Below are positions 37,125 to 50,502 of a stretch of 64,000 nucleotides of DNA, in pieces (positions within the stretch are counted from its first letter, which is position 1; each line of letters opens with the position of its first letter). The stretch lies in assembly GCF_963921235.1 (NCBI RefSeq), contig NC_086097.1, forward strand, positions 224,256,001 to 224,320,000. The letters run 5' to 3'. Source of the stretch: Mobula hypostoma (taxonomy: Eukaryota). The position numbers were made by a program, and so were the translations under genes. The notes below the pieces were generated by a model. That model did no database searches. It had not been told where the DNA came from and saw nothing but the letters and a program-made list of their open reading frames with translations.

Positions 37125-38001
37125 TGTCATGTGACCGGCAACAATGAATATAGAAATGAGTCAGGGTTTATAAACAAATAAACATTTATTAAACTCTGCT
37201 CAATATTAGTAAAAAGATAAACAAATGAAAACCTTAACCAGAAGTAAACGGCTATGCGGCCATTTAACAAACCGCCAAACTCAGTACTAGTTCTTAAAGT
37301 GGTAAATGTGAACACAGTCTTAAAGTGGTAAATTAGAACACAGTTCTTAGAATGGTAAATTTGAAAGTCCAGGAGCTTTATACAGTCAATTAGGAGAGAC
37401 TTGCCTGAAGTAAAGAATTCCTCGAAGACTTGACGTTACTGCTGATCCCATCCGGAACCTGCCTTGTCCACAGGATTCACGACGACGGAAATAAAACGGT
37501 TTAATGGAACTGACCTTTTCCTCTGTAGAATACACACTGCACAACCTTTTCTGCTTTAGCAGAGGTTATCTCATGCAGATCAGTCTTTCTTGAACGAAGA
37601 TTCAATAATGGTCGATCCTCTCCAATAGCGCTGAACGATATCAGCTTTACTCGACTAATGTCTTCACGCTCCAATACTACTGAAAAGGTACACCAACAAA
37701 GCCGGCAGCTATTGTTGAAACTGCTGGCCGAATACTTCTGTACCTTACAATAGAAAGTAAAACTCCATTCTAAAACTAAATTGCATCATGTGACAAATAT
37801 GCAGCATTTGCGGAGTATCTGACTGACGACTTAAACTGAAACTAACTGTGTCACCAGGGGTCTACCCTTATATACCTGGTGAGAACAGGTCATCACGTGA
37901 CCTCACATCAGCAGGAGAATTACATTACATCATGTGACCTCCGCAAGACCATTACATCATTCTCATAAGACAGTCACAAGATATCCATGAGGTATGTAAC
38001 A
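37125..38001 (-). repeat. Solo LTR with 4-bp TSD, inserted in a SINE
   Basis: TGTCAT...GTAACA flanked by CTAG (37121-37124, 38002-38005); minus-strand TATATAA (~37869-37875) and AATAAA (~37186-37191). Confidence 0.9.
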
Positions 38002-38014
38002 CTAGGATTAAATA

Positions 38015-38627
38015 GTTTGAAGCTATTTGGCATGTCAACAAATACACTCAAAAACTTCTATAGTTGTACCGTGGAGAGCATTCTGACAGGGGGCATCACT
38101 GTCTGGTATGGAGGGGCTACTGCACAGGACCGATAGAAGCTGCAGAAGGTTGTAAATCTAGTCAGCTCCATCTTGGGCATTGACCTACAAAGTACCCAGG
38201 ACATCTTTAGGGAGTGGTGTCTCAGAAAGGCAGCGTCCATTATTAAAGACCTCCAACACCTAGGGCATGCCCTTTTCTCACAGTTACCATCAGGCAGGAG
38301 ATACAGAAGCCTGAAGGCACACACTCAGCAATTCAGGAACAGCTTCTTCCCTTCTGATATCCGATTCCTAAATGGACTTTGAAGCCTTGAATGCTACCTC
38401 ACTTTTTTTTAATATACAGTATTTCTGTTTTTGCACATTTTTAAATAATCTATCAATATATGTAATTGATTTACTTGTTTATTTATTATTATGTTTTTAT
38501 TTTATTATTATTATTATTTTTTTCTCTCTCTGTTAGAGTATGTATTGCATTGAACTGCTACTGCTAAGTTAACAAATTTCATGTCACAGGCCGGTGATAA
38601 TAAACCTGATTCTGATTCTGATTCTGA
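38015..38627 (+). mobile_element. Rex1/Babar-like LINE 3' end
   Basis: Same family as 11725-12370; AATAAA and (ATTCTG)n tail. Confidence 0.85.
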
Positions 38628-39611
38628 AATTGGGGGATTGCTGGACGGCATGGCTCGACGGCTGGAAGGGCCATTCCGCGCCATATCCAAGAAAACAAGT
38701 AAATAAATAAATAAATGTGACACCACTGCAGCATTGGACTGAGTGGGGCTTCACGAAGGCCGACTGAATTCGGAGTCAAGGAGGATCACAGGCAAAATTC
38801 TTAAATCATCAAACTAAAGACAGAAGTGGGGATGTTCATGATGATTGCACCATATTCAATTCTGTGAGTATTTGCCCAGCAAATGTACCAGTCCATGCCT
38901 ACAAGCAGCAGGAATTAAACAATTTCAGTCCTTGCAGGGAAAAGATAATCCTGTAAACAGACACCTTCCCAGCTGTAATTCAAGATAATTCTAGAACCTT
39001 CTCACAGCGCAGGCACAGTGGCAGAGGGTGGGTTCCACTGGAATGACTCAGTCACAGTACCACTCTATGCTCAGGTGAAGTTCTGGTAGACATTAGCAAC
39101 CTCATTAATGAATCTGGTGACCATGGGTTTGGAGAGGCAGTGAAATTTCCCATCATTCTTAAACTCTTTATCATCAGATCCCTCCAATACTCTTCCAAAG
39201 GATCTCTCAGAGATGATCCACAACCATCCGGAGTCAGAATCAGTGATTGTTATCATTGACATATGTCATGAAACTTGTTGTTAGTGGCAGCAGTGAAGTG
39301 CTGTACATAAAAACTACTATACGTTATAACAAGAAATAGATGAAAAATAAGTAAGTCATGCAATAAGAGACCAAAACGTAAGTTTGTGTTCATGGATTCA
39401 TACTCCATTCAGAAAGCCAATGGCAGACGGGACAATAGCTTTTTCCTAAGAGTACTTACACTGACCAAAAGAGCAAGTGCTCAAGTTGCCAAAGCCCTCT
39501 GACTTCCTTTAAGCATAAGGCCCATCTAGTTTTTGTAATTCCTAGCATCTCTGAGTAATCTGCCGCATGTATTAACCAAAAAGGCTCTTGCAAATGTACC
39601 TAACTACAGTC

Positions 39612-40025
39612 CAGTCCTGCTGAAGGGTTTTGGCCCAAAACGTCGACTGGATGCTGCCTGACCTGCTGAGTTCCTCCAGCATTTTGTGTGTGTTGCTTGG
39701 ATTCCCAGTATCTGCAGATTTTCTCTTCTATGTGCTTTTCATGTTTTTTTCACTCCATAATAATGATATTATATTTAAAGTTCAACTCCACAACATACCA
39801 CGGAGGGTTTAAACTCATGTCATCTGAGCTGTTAGCCCAATACCACACCAGCTGTTCCACTATATGAAGATTTGCAGTCGAAGGAAACAAGGAAAGTAAT
39901 TTTAAACTCAAGGGATTCTGCAGGTGTTGGAAATCCAGAACAACACACACAAAATGCTGGACAAACTCAGCAGGTCAGGCAGCGTCAATGAAATGATTAG
40001 ATTCAGGCTGAGACCCTTCTTCGGG
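39612..40025. repeat. Two Penelope terminal repeats in inverted orientation
   Basis: 39612-39725 on plus has cagtc-CTGCTGA...AAAACGTC-gactg (mutated hammerhead core); 39915-40025 lies on minus. Confidence 0.75.
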
Positions 40026-43000
40026 ATAGAAGTAATTAATCTGCTTCTTTACCTGAGAGTTGACTGAGATTGCTGCACCCAGCCTCGCACCTGAAGACTT
40101 CGGCCTGTTAAATGAAGAAAGCAATCCCCGTGCCCTATTAAAATTGAACAGGCAAGCTGTCAGTATTTATTGGGCTGCTCACTGGTAGCTCACTCCAACA
40201 GGGCCCAGAAAGCGGCCCAGTTTGAAGGCAGCGTGTATCTGTTAAATAGAATGTGATCTTTGGCTGCTGATCTGTGCAATCTGCGTCAGTCACTTTAGAC
40301 TTGCCTGAAACAAGAACAGCAAAGGCTGCTGGACCCTACTCTGAGATCCCAGTGCAAGTGCTCTGTTGTAGGCTTGGTGTGGGAACCTCACTAAGGAGGG
40401 GCTGAAGAACATAGAGGGATGAGACCAGGCCAGACGAAGTCAATGCCAGGAACAGAGCTATAATATCAAAAGGGATTCAGTGCTTTCAGCTGTGTTAAGG
40501 TAGGAACCCTCACACAGAATTTGGCGTGCTCAGTGCTGTCATTAGCTCCCGTGCCCGGACTCCTTCTGTCTCCAGTTTGCTGCTTCCCTTCTCTCTTTGG
40601 CATTCACCCCTTTACTCCCCTTCCCTTGTGGTGTTTTTCACACAATATGCCACTGCTTATTTCCTCACTACATTTATCTCAGCTACTGATGTGGAAACAG
40701 AGGTCTGTTTGTACACTGGATTTGGTGCAAGGGTGGGCATTGATACAGAATGAGCAGAGATAAGGGGGAATTGCTTTAGTCAGAGGGTGATGAATCTGTG
40801 GAATTCATTTCCACAGATGGTTGTGCAGGCCAAGTCATTGGGCATATTTAAAGTGGCGGGTGATAGGCTCTTGATTAGTAAAGGCATGGGAATGATATCT
40901 ATCTATCTAATGCATGTTATGCTGCCGGAGTTTAGGGCAGCAATGATGGACTTCCATCTCTTGTGGTGTTCAGGGCTTCTCGGGTTTCACTACTGTCAGT
41001 CATGCAGGTCCCGGGTGGAGACTCAGGAATACCATCGCACTCAGATGTAGAAGCAGTCTTCACTGCTCTTTCCAAAACAACTTCGTTTTACCTGTCAGGG
41101 TTGCTAGCCCTGAGCTGATCACCTGAACCTAGAGTACCGGTGGACCACTCTTAGACTGGCCTCTACCCTTTGACCTGTTTGGCATGGGTGACCCTACCAA
41201 GGGCCAAAGCATAAAGCCCTTACTCCAGCCAGCAAAGCACACCAGGTCATTGAGGCAAGCCAACCTCCAGACCGTGACAAGGTTGTGGTCCTGTTGGAGG
41301 ATGGGGATGACAAGTATAGGTTGAAAGGTTGGCACAATATTGTAGGCTAAAGGCCTGTACTGTGCTGTAATGTTCTATGTTCTATTTTCTAATCAGTTTG
41401 AGAGGGATAATAAATCAGCCATGATCGAATGGCAGAGCAGACTCAAAGGGCCGAGTGGCCGAATTCTGCTCCTATGTCTTATGGTCTTATGTTTTATAGA
41501 AGGAGGAGAGTGGAAGAGTGCTTCATTATTTTATTACTCTGCAATCTGACAGAAAGTTCAACCAATATTTACGCTTGTATTCCATTGCACGATGTGACTT
41601 CTGTAATGAACTTGTTGATTTGGAGACCTTGTGTGACTAGCTCTCCAATGAGAAATCAAACATACAATTCAAATATTTGCATTCTATCACACACAGCAAG
41701 GAATGTTTTTGGCTGATATTTGCTTTCCTTTCTTGTTTGATTTCTTTTTCGTTGTTGAGTGAGAGAGAAGAAGACTGGCCAAGGGTGCTGTTGCAATTTG
41801 TTATTTGGCCATAATTTAGCCCTTTTGGAGAAGCACATGTCTGTTTTGGGTGAAGAGAGGATCGGACATATCTTTGGCCACAAACAATCTGCAGGAGGAA
41901 CTCAGTGGATTGCCCAGTATCTGTGGGAACAAAAGAGTTGTTGACACTTCCGGTTGAAACTTTGCGGAAGGATACATAGCTGCCAAAGAGGTGGGTAGCA
42001 GTGGAAAGCACAGACAAGGAGCAGTGAGAGAGGGTCCCACAGAACTACCATTGCAAAGAGGAGGAACACTTCTTTAAAGCTGGCACAACTTGAAGTCACT
42101 TTATGGTGCAGCAGTGCAATGGAGACACAAAATACTGCAGAGCCTGGAATCTCGTGATCTCAGATTTACTTTTCATGGCCTGCGCTTAAAATAACCACGT
42201 GGGTCGAAACAGAAAGAATAGTGACGTGCAAGAGCCTGGAAAAGCCATTTCTACCTGCTAAAGGAAACAATAAGCAAGGTGCCCTCCGTGGCTTTTGGGG
42301 AAGAATAAGGCAAAGGGGCAGGAAAACATTTTCAAGAATGAACTGAAAAAAATGGTATAACAAGTGAAATTTGGTACATGAATAAAAGTAGCTATTCTGA
42401 CCTAATTCCTAAGCCACATTTCCTTTCTTCTCCCTCTGCAAGCATTCCTTGCTTTGACAATGTTGCTTCTATTTACTGCTATTTTGGCAGTTGACCTATA
42501 TGGTCCAGTACTTGAACTTAAACTGAATAACTTGAGGGCTGGCTTTTGTTGTAATTCCCTACCCCAGCTGTGGAAGAGTATACCATTCTGACCTTGGCTC
42601 ATTTACCACCTCAGAGCTCACAAGCCTGGAGTGGAAGGCCCAGAGGTTGGGGACTACTGCCCTATTTCACTCTGATTGAATCCTCACAGCACCTCCCCAT
42701 GCAACCGCAGAGGATACAACACCTGCCCTTCTGTATCTTCCTTCTATTGAGTTAGCTGCTCACAGTGCAGTCTCTTCGCCAATGCAGATTGAGTGACTGC
42801 TTTGCAAATACCTCCATACAGGGCCCATGCATGAGTGTCTGTCATCATAGATCTCCATTTCAGGCCCACTTTGTCTGCAGTCCCTTCCAGTGTTCCAGTG
42901 AAGCTCAAAGTAAACCAATCGGGCACCTCGTTGGCGCAGCGGTTACCATGGCGCTATTACAGCTTGAGGCACTCTGGAGTTCGGAGTTCAATTCTGGTGC

Positions 43001-45724
43001 TTCTGTACGTCCTCCCCGTGGAATGTGCTCATTTTCCCCGAGTGCTCAGGTTCCAAAGAGGTAACGAGTAGTTAATTGGTTGTTGTAAATTGTCGTGAGA
43101 TTGGATTAGAGTCAAATCGGGGTTGTCAGGTGTTGCTGGGATGGTGTGGCTTGATGGACCGAAAGGGCCTACTCCGCATTGCATCATTGAATAAATAAAT
43201 AAACAAACAAACAAACAAGCAACCTCAAGAAAGAGCATCTTGCTCACTAATGGGATACAGATCAGCACTGGGTTCAGTAATGGGTACTTCCAGCATTTTT
43301 ATTTCAAGTAATTTCAGATATTTTTATTCTGCTTCTGTAACTTCTCCTGATTTTTCTTCAACTTGCAATGACTTCCACTTTGTCCTTTATCTCTTTTGCT
43401 TTCCACCCTCTTTGACCATAAGTCTAAAAAGCCATAAGATATAGGAGCAGAATTAGGGCACTTGGCCCATCGAGTCTGCTCAGGTCCACTTTCCCTCTGA
43501 GCCCCAATCTCCTGCCTCCTCTCCTTATCCCACCACACCCTAGTACAGTGCTCACCTGGCCACCCTCCTCATACTCTGGTGAGATATCGACATGCCTGTC
43601 CCAGAATGCAAGGTCATCTCAGGCAGACTGGGCGGATGAGATCAACAATGAGATCCAACAGCAAGGAAGGTGTTTCTGCAATGCTTCATGGAGAGCAAAT
43701 GACATGACCAGGCAACCAAGGAAGACCCCAGTCGTGGCGACTACTCTTATGACTGGACACGGACTTCTGAGATCGAGAGAATGGAATTGCCCCACTGCAA
43801 CGTCTTTTCCACTTTAAGAATTCTTTGCACAGTGTTCTTTGTCATTGTTGGATACAACGGAAAACCAATCAATCAATTATTCCAAATTCTATTGAATCAT
43901 TATGCACCTGAAATGTTAGTGAAAAATGTTCGCCTCTACATTTTACCCTGAAAATTAAAGGAAGTTTGCTAACCTGCTGCTTAACAACTATATAGATCTG
44001 GGTTTAATTCTGACTTTAGGTACTATCTGTGTGAAGTTTTAATGTTTGAGCTTGAATTTCCTTGAAGGAAAACATCAGATTCTTTGCTTCCCTCCTAATG
44101 CTGTGTTGCTAACTTAATTGGCTACTGCCAGTTCACCTAGAATTAAAGGGAGACTGTGAAGGAGAATAAGTTTCAGGGATACAGGGAAGCTAAGGAAAGG
44201 GTGAATGGAACTGATGGGATTGCTTTGCTGGGAAGCAGCATTAACCTGATGGGCCAAACAACCACCTTCTTTGTTGAGGTAAGTAAGCAATTACATTATG
44301 CTGACATTTCACTGCCGAATAGGAAGCAAAGTCTCACTCTGGGGGTAAAAAAGTCCAAGATTCCTAATGGCAGCAAAGGGAATTTTTGGAGTCCATGAAA
44401 ACCATAGTACTAAACCATCACAGTAGGATGTCTGGTGGGATGTTCATTGGAGAAGTTAGTCCAACATGGATATAATAGAATGGTAATGGGTTGCTATATC
44501 TGTACCAAAAGCTCCAGTGCTGCCAATGATTTGGAAACAGATGCTGGAGTGTCAACAATTACCTAACGCGAAGGAAAAATTAGGCAGCCAATTAAATCAA
44601 TTCTGACAGCAATTTGCCAACAAAGGCAATCTTTGAAAGGAACAAAATCACTGTGGTCCAGAGCTCAGAGTTTTGCTGGACAAGATTAGATTGCCTACCT
44701 CAGCAAAGGCAAATAAATATATAATATTTTTGGCATAGTTAATGCAAATCTAAGAATTCCACATACAATGGATTATCTTGTTATGAAGTTATTTAGGTAG
44801 GCAAAACAGCCATTTTACAAATAGCAAAATCCCGTCAACAGCAAAATGATTAATGCTGATTTTGTTATTTTTATTAAAACTAATGGAAGAAAGGATGTTG
44901 GCTGGTACATCATCATGTTCTTCCTCAACTGGTACAATAGGGCATGTGTTGGCCAGCTTGAAAACTAAAAAGAACTTTGCTTTATAGCTTCTTACAAAAT
45001 GAATAATAACAGCTTTTCCTGCATGGAATTCATTGTTTATCACTAAGTGTCCATTCAGTGTATGTTTAAGCGAATTTGACCAAGGTGATAAATTACTTAT
45101 CCAACTGACACTACCTGAAGAATTACTTGTAACTTAGCTTTTCATCAATGTTTTTTGCAACAAATATTTACCTTGCTGCTCAAACTCTCACCTTTATCTT
45201 TCTCACCCTCTGATGACTTTCCCAACTCTCTGTTCTACCTTCGTAAAGCTGCTGTCATGCAGAACTGCCACTAATGTCTCAACTCTCCTCCAGCACACCC
45301 CTCCTGACAAACACACCCTGTCCTTGCCACATTGCTTCCCAGCCAAGAGACAAGAGAAACCCCAACTTTAACATTGTTATCCATGTTTTCAAATCAGTCT
45401 AAGGTTTTTACCACTATTATCCCCATAACATCTTCTAGCCCTATAAGCCCCCAAATTATCTCTATTTATGCCCTCTTCCACATCAATTGGCAGCCATGTT
45501 TGCAACTCTCAACACCCTAAACTCTTTCTAAAAATCTCCAAGTCTCTATGTTTCTTTTCTCCACTAGAGTCTAGGTCTTATCTGTGTTTTGCCTCATCTG
45601 CCTTATTATCTACTTTTATCCCTCAATTTGTTTGAAAGCCCTTGATTCCACTTTAGTACGTGAAAGGTGCCGTATCTATGGAGCAAAAGCCAGAGGAACT
45701 CAGCAAGAAATTCAGAGGCGAGAG

Positions 45725-45846
45725 AAAATCTGCAGATGCTGGAAATCAAAACAATACACACAAAATGCTGGAGGAACTCAGCTGGCCAGGCAGCATCTAT
45801 GGAAAAGAATAAACAGTTGACGCTTCAGACCGAGACCCTTCATCAG
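45725..45846 (-). repeat. Penelope terminal repeat with mutated hammerhead
   Basis: Minus strand CTGATGAagggtctcggtctGAAGCGTC. Further copies at 53159-53283, 55250-55380 and 56120-56250. Confidence 0.75.
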
Positions 45847-45937
45847 AAATTCAGTGTACCTCCATAAGGATGGAGTTGGTTGTTGTTGGATCTCACTGGG
45901 GAGGTATGAGAATATATTTGGGTGTGGGTACTATTTG

Positions 45938-45987
45938 AAGAGAGAAAAGAGAGAGAGAGAGAAAGAGAGACAGAGAGAGAGAGAGAG
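45938..45987. repeat. (GA)n microsatellite
   Basis: Imperfect GA dinucleotide run. Confidence 0.9.
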
Positions 45988-46849
45988 GGGGGGGGATTAG
46001 ACAAACAGACAGTCAAGATAGACATATAAAGATAGGGAAGAGCTTTAGCAAAAGAATAGAAAATATGTTCTAGGTCAGAGGACAGCAGTGGCTTGAAACT
46101 GGGAAAATGGAGCCAACGGATAGCAAACATGGTTATGGGCAGCAACAGACAGAAGAAAGGCAGCAGAACAGATTGACAATCTATGTCAGAGTAGGTAATT
46201 GATGTTTACAATGGAAAACTGATAAGATATTTAGCACTTATTTGACTTGATCGTGTATAACAGCTTAATTTATTGGAAATCATAATTCTATTGTTCATCA
46301 TTCACAGAAATATCCATGCCAAATTGGCATTTGAAACTTGATCCCCAATGAACTGCCTGACTTCATTTCTTTTGACTGAGCAATTAGTAGATTTGTATGG
46401 ATCCAAGTACTATTGGATAAGTTACCAAATCAACACACATTTTCATGTTCTGAAAACAGCCAACTTGGCATTTCTGTATCTATACCAAAGACATTTGTCT
46501 CATGGGTTATGACTAATGTTGTTATAGGAGCTTTGACAGGCCAGATCCTTTCCTAACAAAGTCATAGTTTTAAGGGATTTTGAGAGTTCAGATTCTGAAA
46601 ACAAAAGCACAAATCTATGCAGGAGTTGTGATCCCTTTTACTTTGGAGTTTCTGTATGAAACAGATCCTTTTCTCTTCATATTTATTACTTTCCCTTCGT
46701 CAGCCATATGTCTACAGAACTGAGTTAGTTTGTATTGAGCTCTGATTTGTTAGGCAGCTTCCAAACTGACGTACTGAACTGAATTGTTTTACAAAACTCT
46801 CATCAAATCTGTGGACGCACTGTAGAAATCCCCTGTTCAGTTCACAAGG

Positions 46850-47460
46850 GTAATCCCAAGCTTTCAATTACCTGAAACTTTAATTCTCCATTCTACTCCA
46901 ACTTTGATCCATGCACTGTCCCAACAAAGTCCAATGTAAACTTAAGGAACAAGACCTCACCTTCTAATTGGCAATATTGCAGCCTTCAGGACTTGACAAC
47001 AAATTTAGCAATTTCAGGTAATTTGCTTTTCCTGCTTGTATCAGAACTGGTCAATTCTGCTGTAATAGTAACTCAGTTTTTCTCACTTCACAGGCACTGC
47101 CTGATCTACTGGGCATTTTCAATATATCCATTTGGTTCCCGATTTTAGCAACAGCTCTGACCTGAATCTTACAGTTTGACATGCCCCTCTTTCGGGTCTC
47201 CTCCCTCTATCCCATTAGTCCATTTAACTGGACAACTTTGAAAACTGGTTACCACTGTCCTCACCCTATCAGAAATACTCATCTTGTCCAATCCTTCCCA
47301 CCCTCTCTGCAGCTTAAAATTAACTTGTTTTCTCCCTGTTCTGGTTTTGACAAAGGGTATTTGGCCTGAAATGTCAACTTTATTTCTGTTTCCACGGATA
47401 CTGCTGGACCTTCTGATTGTTCGCTGATTTTATTTACGGTTTCCAGCAGCTACAGTTTTT
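46850..47460 (+). mobile_element. Old Penelope-like 3' remnant
   Basis: Decayed match to the endonuclease C-terminus (gaacaagacctcaccttctaattggg...cagcct) and a decayed hammerhead-bearing repeat at ~47340-47460. Confidence 0.6.
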
Positions 47461-47693
47461 TATGTTTTTGGATGGATTGGTCTTCCTGGTGGACTCACTT
47501 TTATATGTTAAGTCTTAGTCTTTCTTAACAGTCCCTAATATTAATTTGTACTTTATTCCTGTGTTTTGTGTACTCTCTCACTCTCTACTATCTAATACTG
47601 AATCAGAGAGTATTATTTATTCTATGTACAATTCAGATTCAGATACAGATTCATTAATTTATCACACGTACATCAAAACATATGTTGAAATGT

Positions 47694-48370
47694 CGGAGGA
47701 GGAGAAGATGGCAGCGTGACGCAGCGCGCAGTGGCCACTCCAGTGAATGATGTCTGTATTCTGTCAAGTAGGGTGCTGTGCACAACCCTGACTTGATGGA
47801 GACAGACTTGAGAGAATGGAGGAACATCTGAAGAAACTTCTGAAATGCCTTTTTCACTGCCGCTGTTACTGTGTGATCCTGAATCTCTGGAGGGGAAGGC
47901 CCCGAGTCCTCGGTTTTGCTTTTTGCTCGGCGGCCGGGACGGGGTCAAGGCGCTCGGCAGAGATGGTGCTCGGTGCTCGGTGTCGAAGGGCTGGTCGGAG
48001 ACTCGAAGTTTTTGGACTGACTCAGTGTCGGCTGTGGTCGGGTGCTTCCAATGCATCGACAGTTGTCGGTGCCTGGAGGTTTATGGCAGAGAGAGTTTCT
48101 CCCTTCTGCCGCCTGCTATCGGGACTATCAGCAGTCGATCGGAACTTTGAGACCTTTTTTTACCGTTCCCATGGTCTTCTCTTTATCAAATTATGATATT
48201 GTTTTGCACTGCTGTAACTATTTGTTATAATTATGTGGTCTTATCAGTGTTAGTCTTTGGTTTGTCTTGTTTTTCTGTGATATCACTCTGGAGGAACATT
48301 ATATCATTTCTTAATGCATGTATGCATTTCTAAATGACAATAAATGGGGACTGAGTGTCCTCATAATCTA
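47694..48370 (+). mobile_element. Non-autonomous retroposon with CpG-rich head, nested in a LINE tail
   Basis: Begins ggaggaggagaagatggcagcg and ends AATAAA...taatctaa; the flanks rejoin as a minus-strand LINE 3' UTR. Confidence 0.6.
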
Positions 48371-48912
48371 ACTGTTTGCGTTAACAACCAGCACAAATGG
48401 AAGATGTGCTGGGGCAACACGCAAGTGTTGCCACACATTCCAACACCAACACAGCACGGCCACAATGTTCAGCAGAAGCAAAACAAGCAATAACAACAGC
48501 AGCAGCAAAACAGCCTCCTTAAGACCAAAGCTTTGAAACACCCTCTGTTAATTACTGAACAGTTAGGTCCTCACTTGCAGCCAGAATGGTCATTGGAAAG
48601 GCCTTACCGCTGCCACAGACCATTCCCTCTTGTGTTTCTCTGTCTTACGTGCTGTGTGCTATATGGATTACTATCAGTTTGGAATACAGTTGTTCCTGTA
48701 ACCTAGATCTCATTAGATCTGAGAAAGAAAATAGAGCAGATATGATGAAATGGCGGGCCAGATTCAATGGGCTGAATGACCAATTCTGCTCCTATTTCTT
48801 ATGGTCTTATGGTCTATAACTGATACTTATCACTGTTCTTTATATTTTAGAAAGGCAACCATTAATAGTAAGAAATAGATTGATGTCATAAGCCAGTAGA
48901 AGCTGGGTTGAT

Positions 48913-50502
48913 GTCAGTGAAAGAACACTCTTAACGAACTCTTCTCAAGCTGGGTACAGGTGTCAATTTTAACCGACGTTTCAATGACAAACTCTGCCAT
49001 CTTCATCAGGTGGTCCCAATAGCCATTAGTGCAGCACAGTAGTTTTGTGCCATCGAGGTTAATCCTATTGTCATTGTGAATGCAATAGAAACATAGAAAA
49101 TAGGTGCAGGAATAGGCCATTCGGCTCTTCGAGCCTGCAGCGCCATTTAGAATGATCATGGCTGATCATCCAACTCAGAACCCTGTACCTGCCTTCTCTC
49201 CATACCCCCTGATCCCTTTAGCCACAAGGGCCATATCTAACTCCCTCTTAAACATAGCCAATGAACTGGCCTCAACTGTTTCCTCTGGCAGAGAATTCCA
49301 CAGATTCACCACTCTCTGTGTGAAGAAGTTTTTCCTCATCTTGGTCCTAAAAGGCTTCCCCTTTATCCTCAGACTGTGATCCCTCGTTCTGGACTTCCCC
49401 AACATCGGGAACAATCTTCCTGCATTTAGCCTGTCCAATCCCTTTAGGATTTTATACGTTTCAATAAGATCCCCCCTCAACCTTCTAAATTCCAATGAGT
49501 ATAAGCCTAATCGATCCAGTGGTTCATCGTATGAAAGTCCTTCCATCCCAGGAATCAATCTGGTGAACCTTCGTTGTACTCCCTCTATGGAAAGAATGTC
49601 TGTCCTCAGATTAGGGGACCAAAACTGCACACAATACTACAGGTGAGGTCTCACCAAGGCCTTGTACAACTGCAGTAGTACCTCCCTGCTCCTGTACTCG
49701 AATCCTCTTGCTATGAATGCCAGCATACCATTCCCCTTTTTCTCCACCTGCTGTACCTGCATGCCCACTTTCAATGACTAGTGTATAATGACACCCAGGT
49801 CTTGTTGCACCTCCTCTTTTCCTAATCGGCCACCATTCAGATAATAATCCATTTTCCTGTTTTTGCCACCAAAGTGGATAACCTCACATTTATCCACATT
49901 AAATTGCATCTACCATGAATTTGCCCACATTTCTAACCTATCCAAGTCACCCTGCATCCTCTTAGCATCCTCCTCACAGCTAACACTGCCAGCCAGCTTC
50001 GTGTCATCTGCAAATTTGGAGATGCTGCATTTAATTCCCTCGTCTAAGTCATTAATATATATTGTAAACGACTGGGGTCCCAGCACTGAGCCTTGCAATA
50101 CCCCACTAGTCACTGCCTGCCATTCTGAAAAGGTCCTGTTTATTCCCACTCTTTGCTTCCTGTCTGCCAACCAATTCTCTATCCACATCAATACCTTACC
50201 CCCAATACAATGGTATGCTACCGCCAATTTCTCTGTTGAAATGAAATTGGAGAAAAAGAATTTTAACAAAGATGAAGGTCTCTAAGAACTGGAATTTGAT
50301 TTTTAAACAAGGTGAGACAGCGGAAACCTGATTGGATGAGGACTAACCAATCAGGAGGGACAGAATATGGGGGTATATGTACATACCACCATACTAGACA
50401 TGACTACACGTCGTCCCTGATGAAGATGGCAGAGTTTGTCATCGAAATCTTGGTTATAATCGATACCTGTACTTGGCTGGAAGCATGAGAAGAGTTTATT
50501 TG
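48913..50502. mobile_element. Second-family Penelope-like element with inverted terminal repeats, split by a CR1 insertion
   Basis: 48935-49010 is the reverse complement of ~50416-50500. Endonuclease C-terminal peptides HCIHNDNRINLDGTKLLCC (minus) and EMKLEKKNFNKDEGL (plus). CTGATGA...GAAA cores in both arms. Confidence 0.75.
49085..50208 (-). mobile_element. 5'-truncated CR1 LINE, same subfamily as 34587-35869
   Basis: WIENWLADRKQRVGIN...SKFADDTK...KNFFTQRVVNLWNSLP; TTTCTATG-type tail. Confidence 0.95.

Noticed and set aside
40040..40500. Repeat-free islands as conserved enhancers (also ~27560-28200, 41500-42500, 50560-51500)
   Set aside because: Conservation cannot be judged from a single sequence and the motif hits are too short.
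41675..41682. Octamer ATTTGCAT as an immunoglobulin promoter
   Set aside because: No leader or V exon and no recombination signal nearby; an 8-mer is expected by chance in 64 kb.
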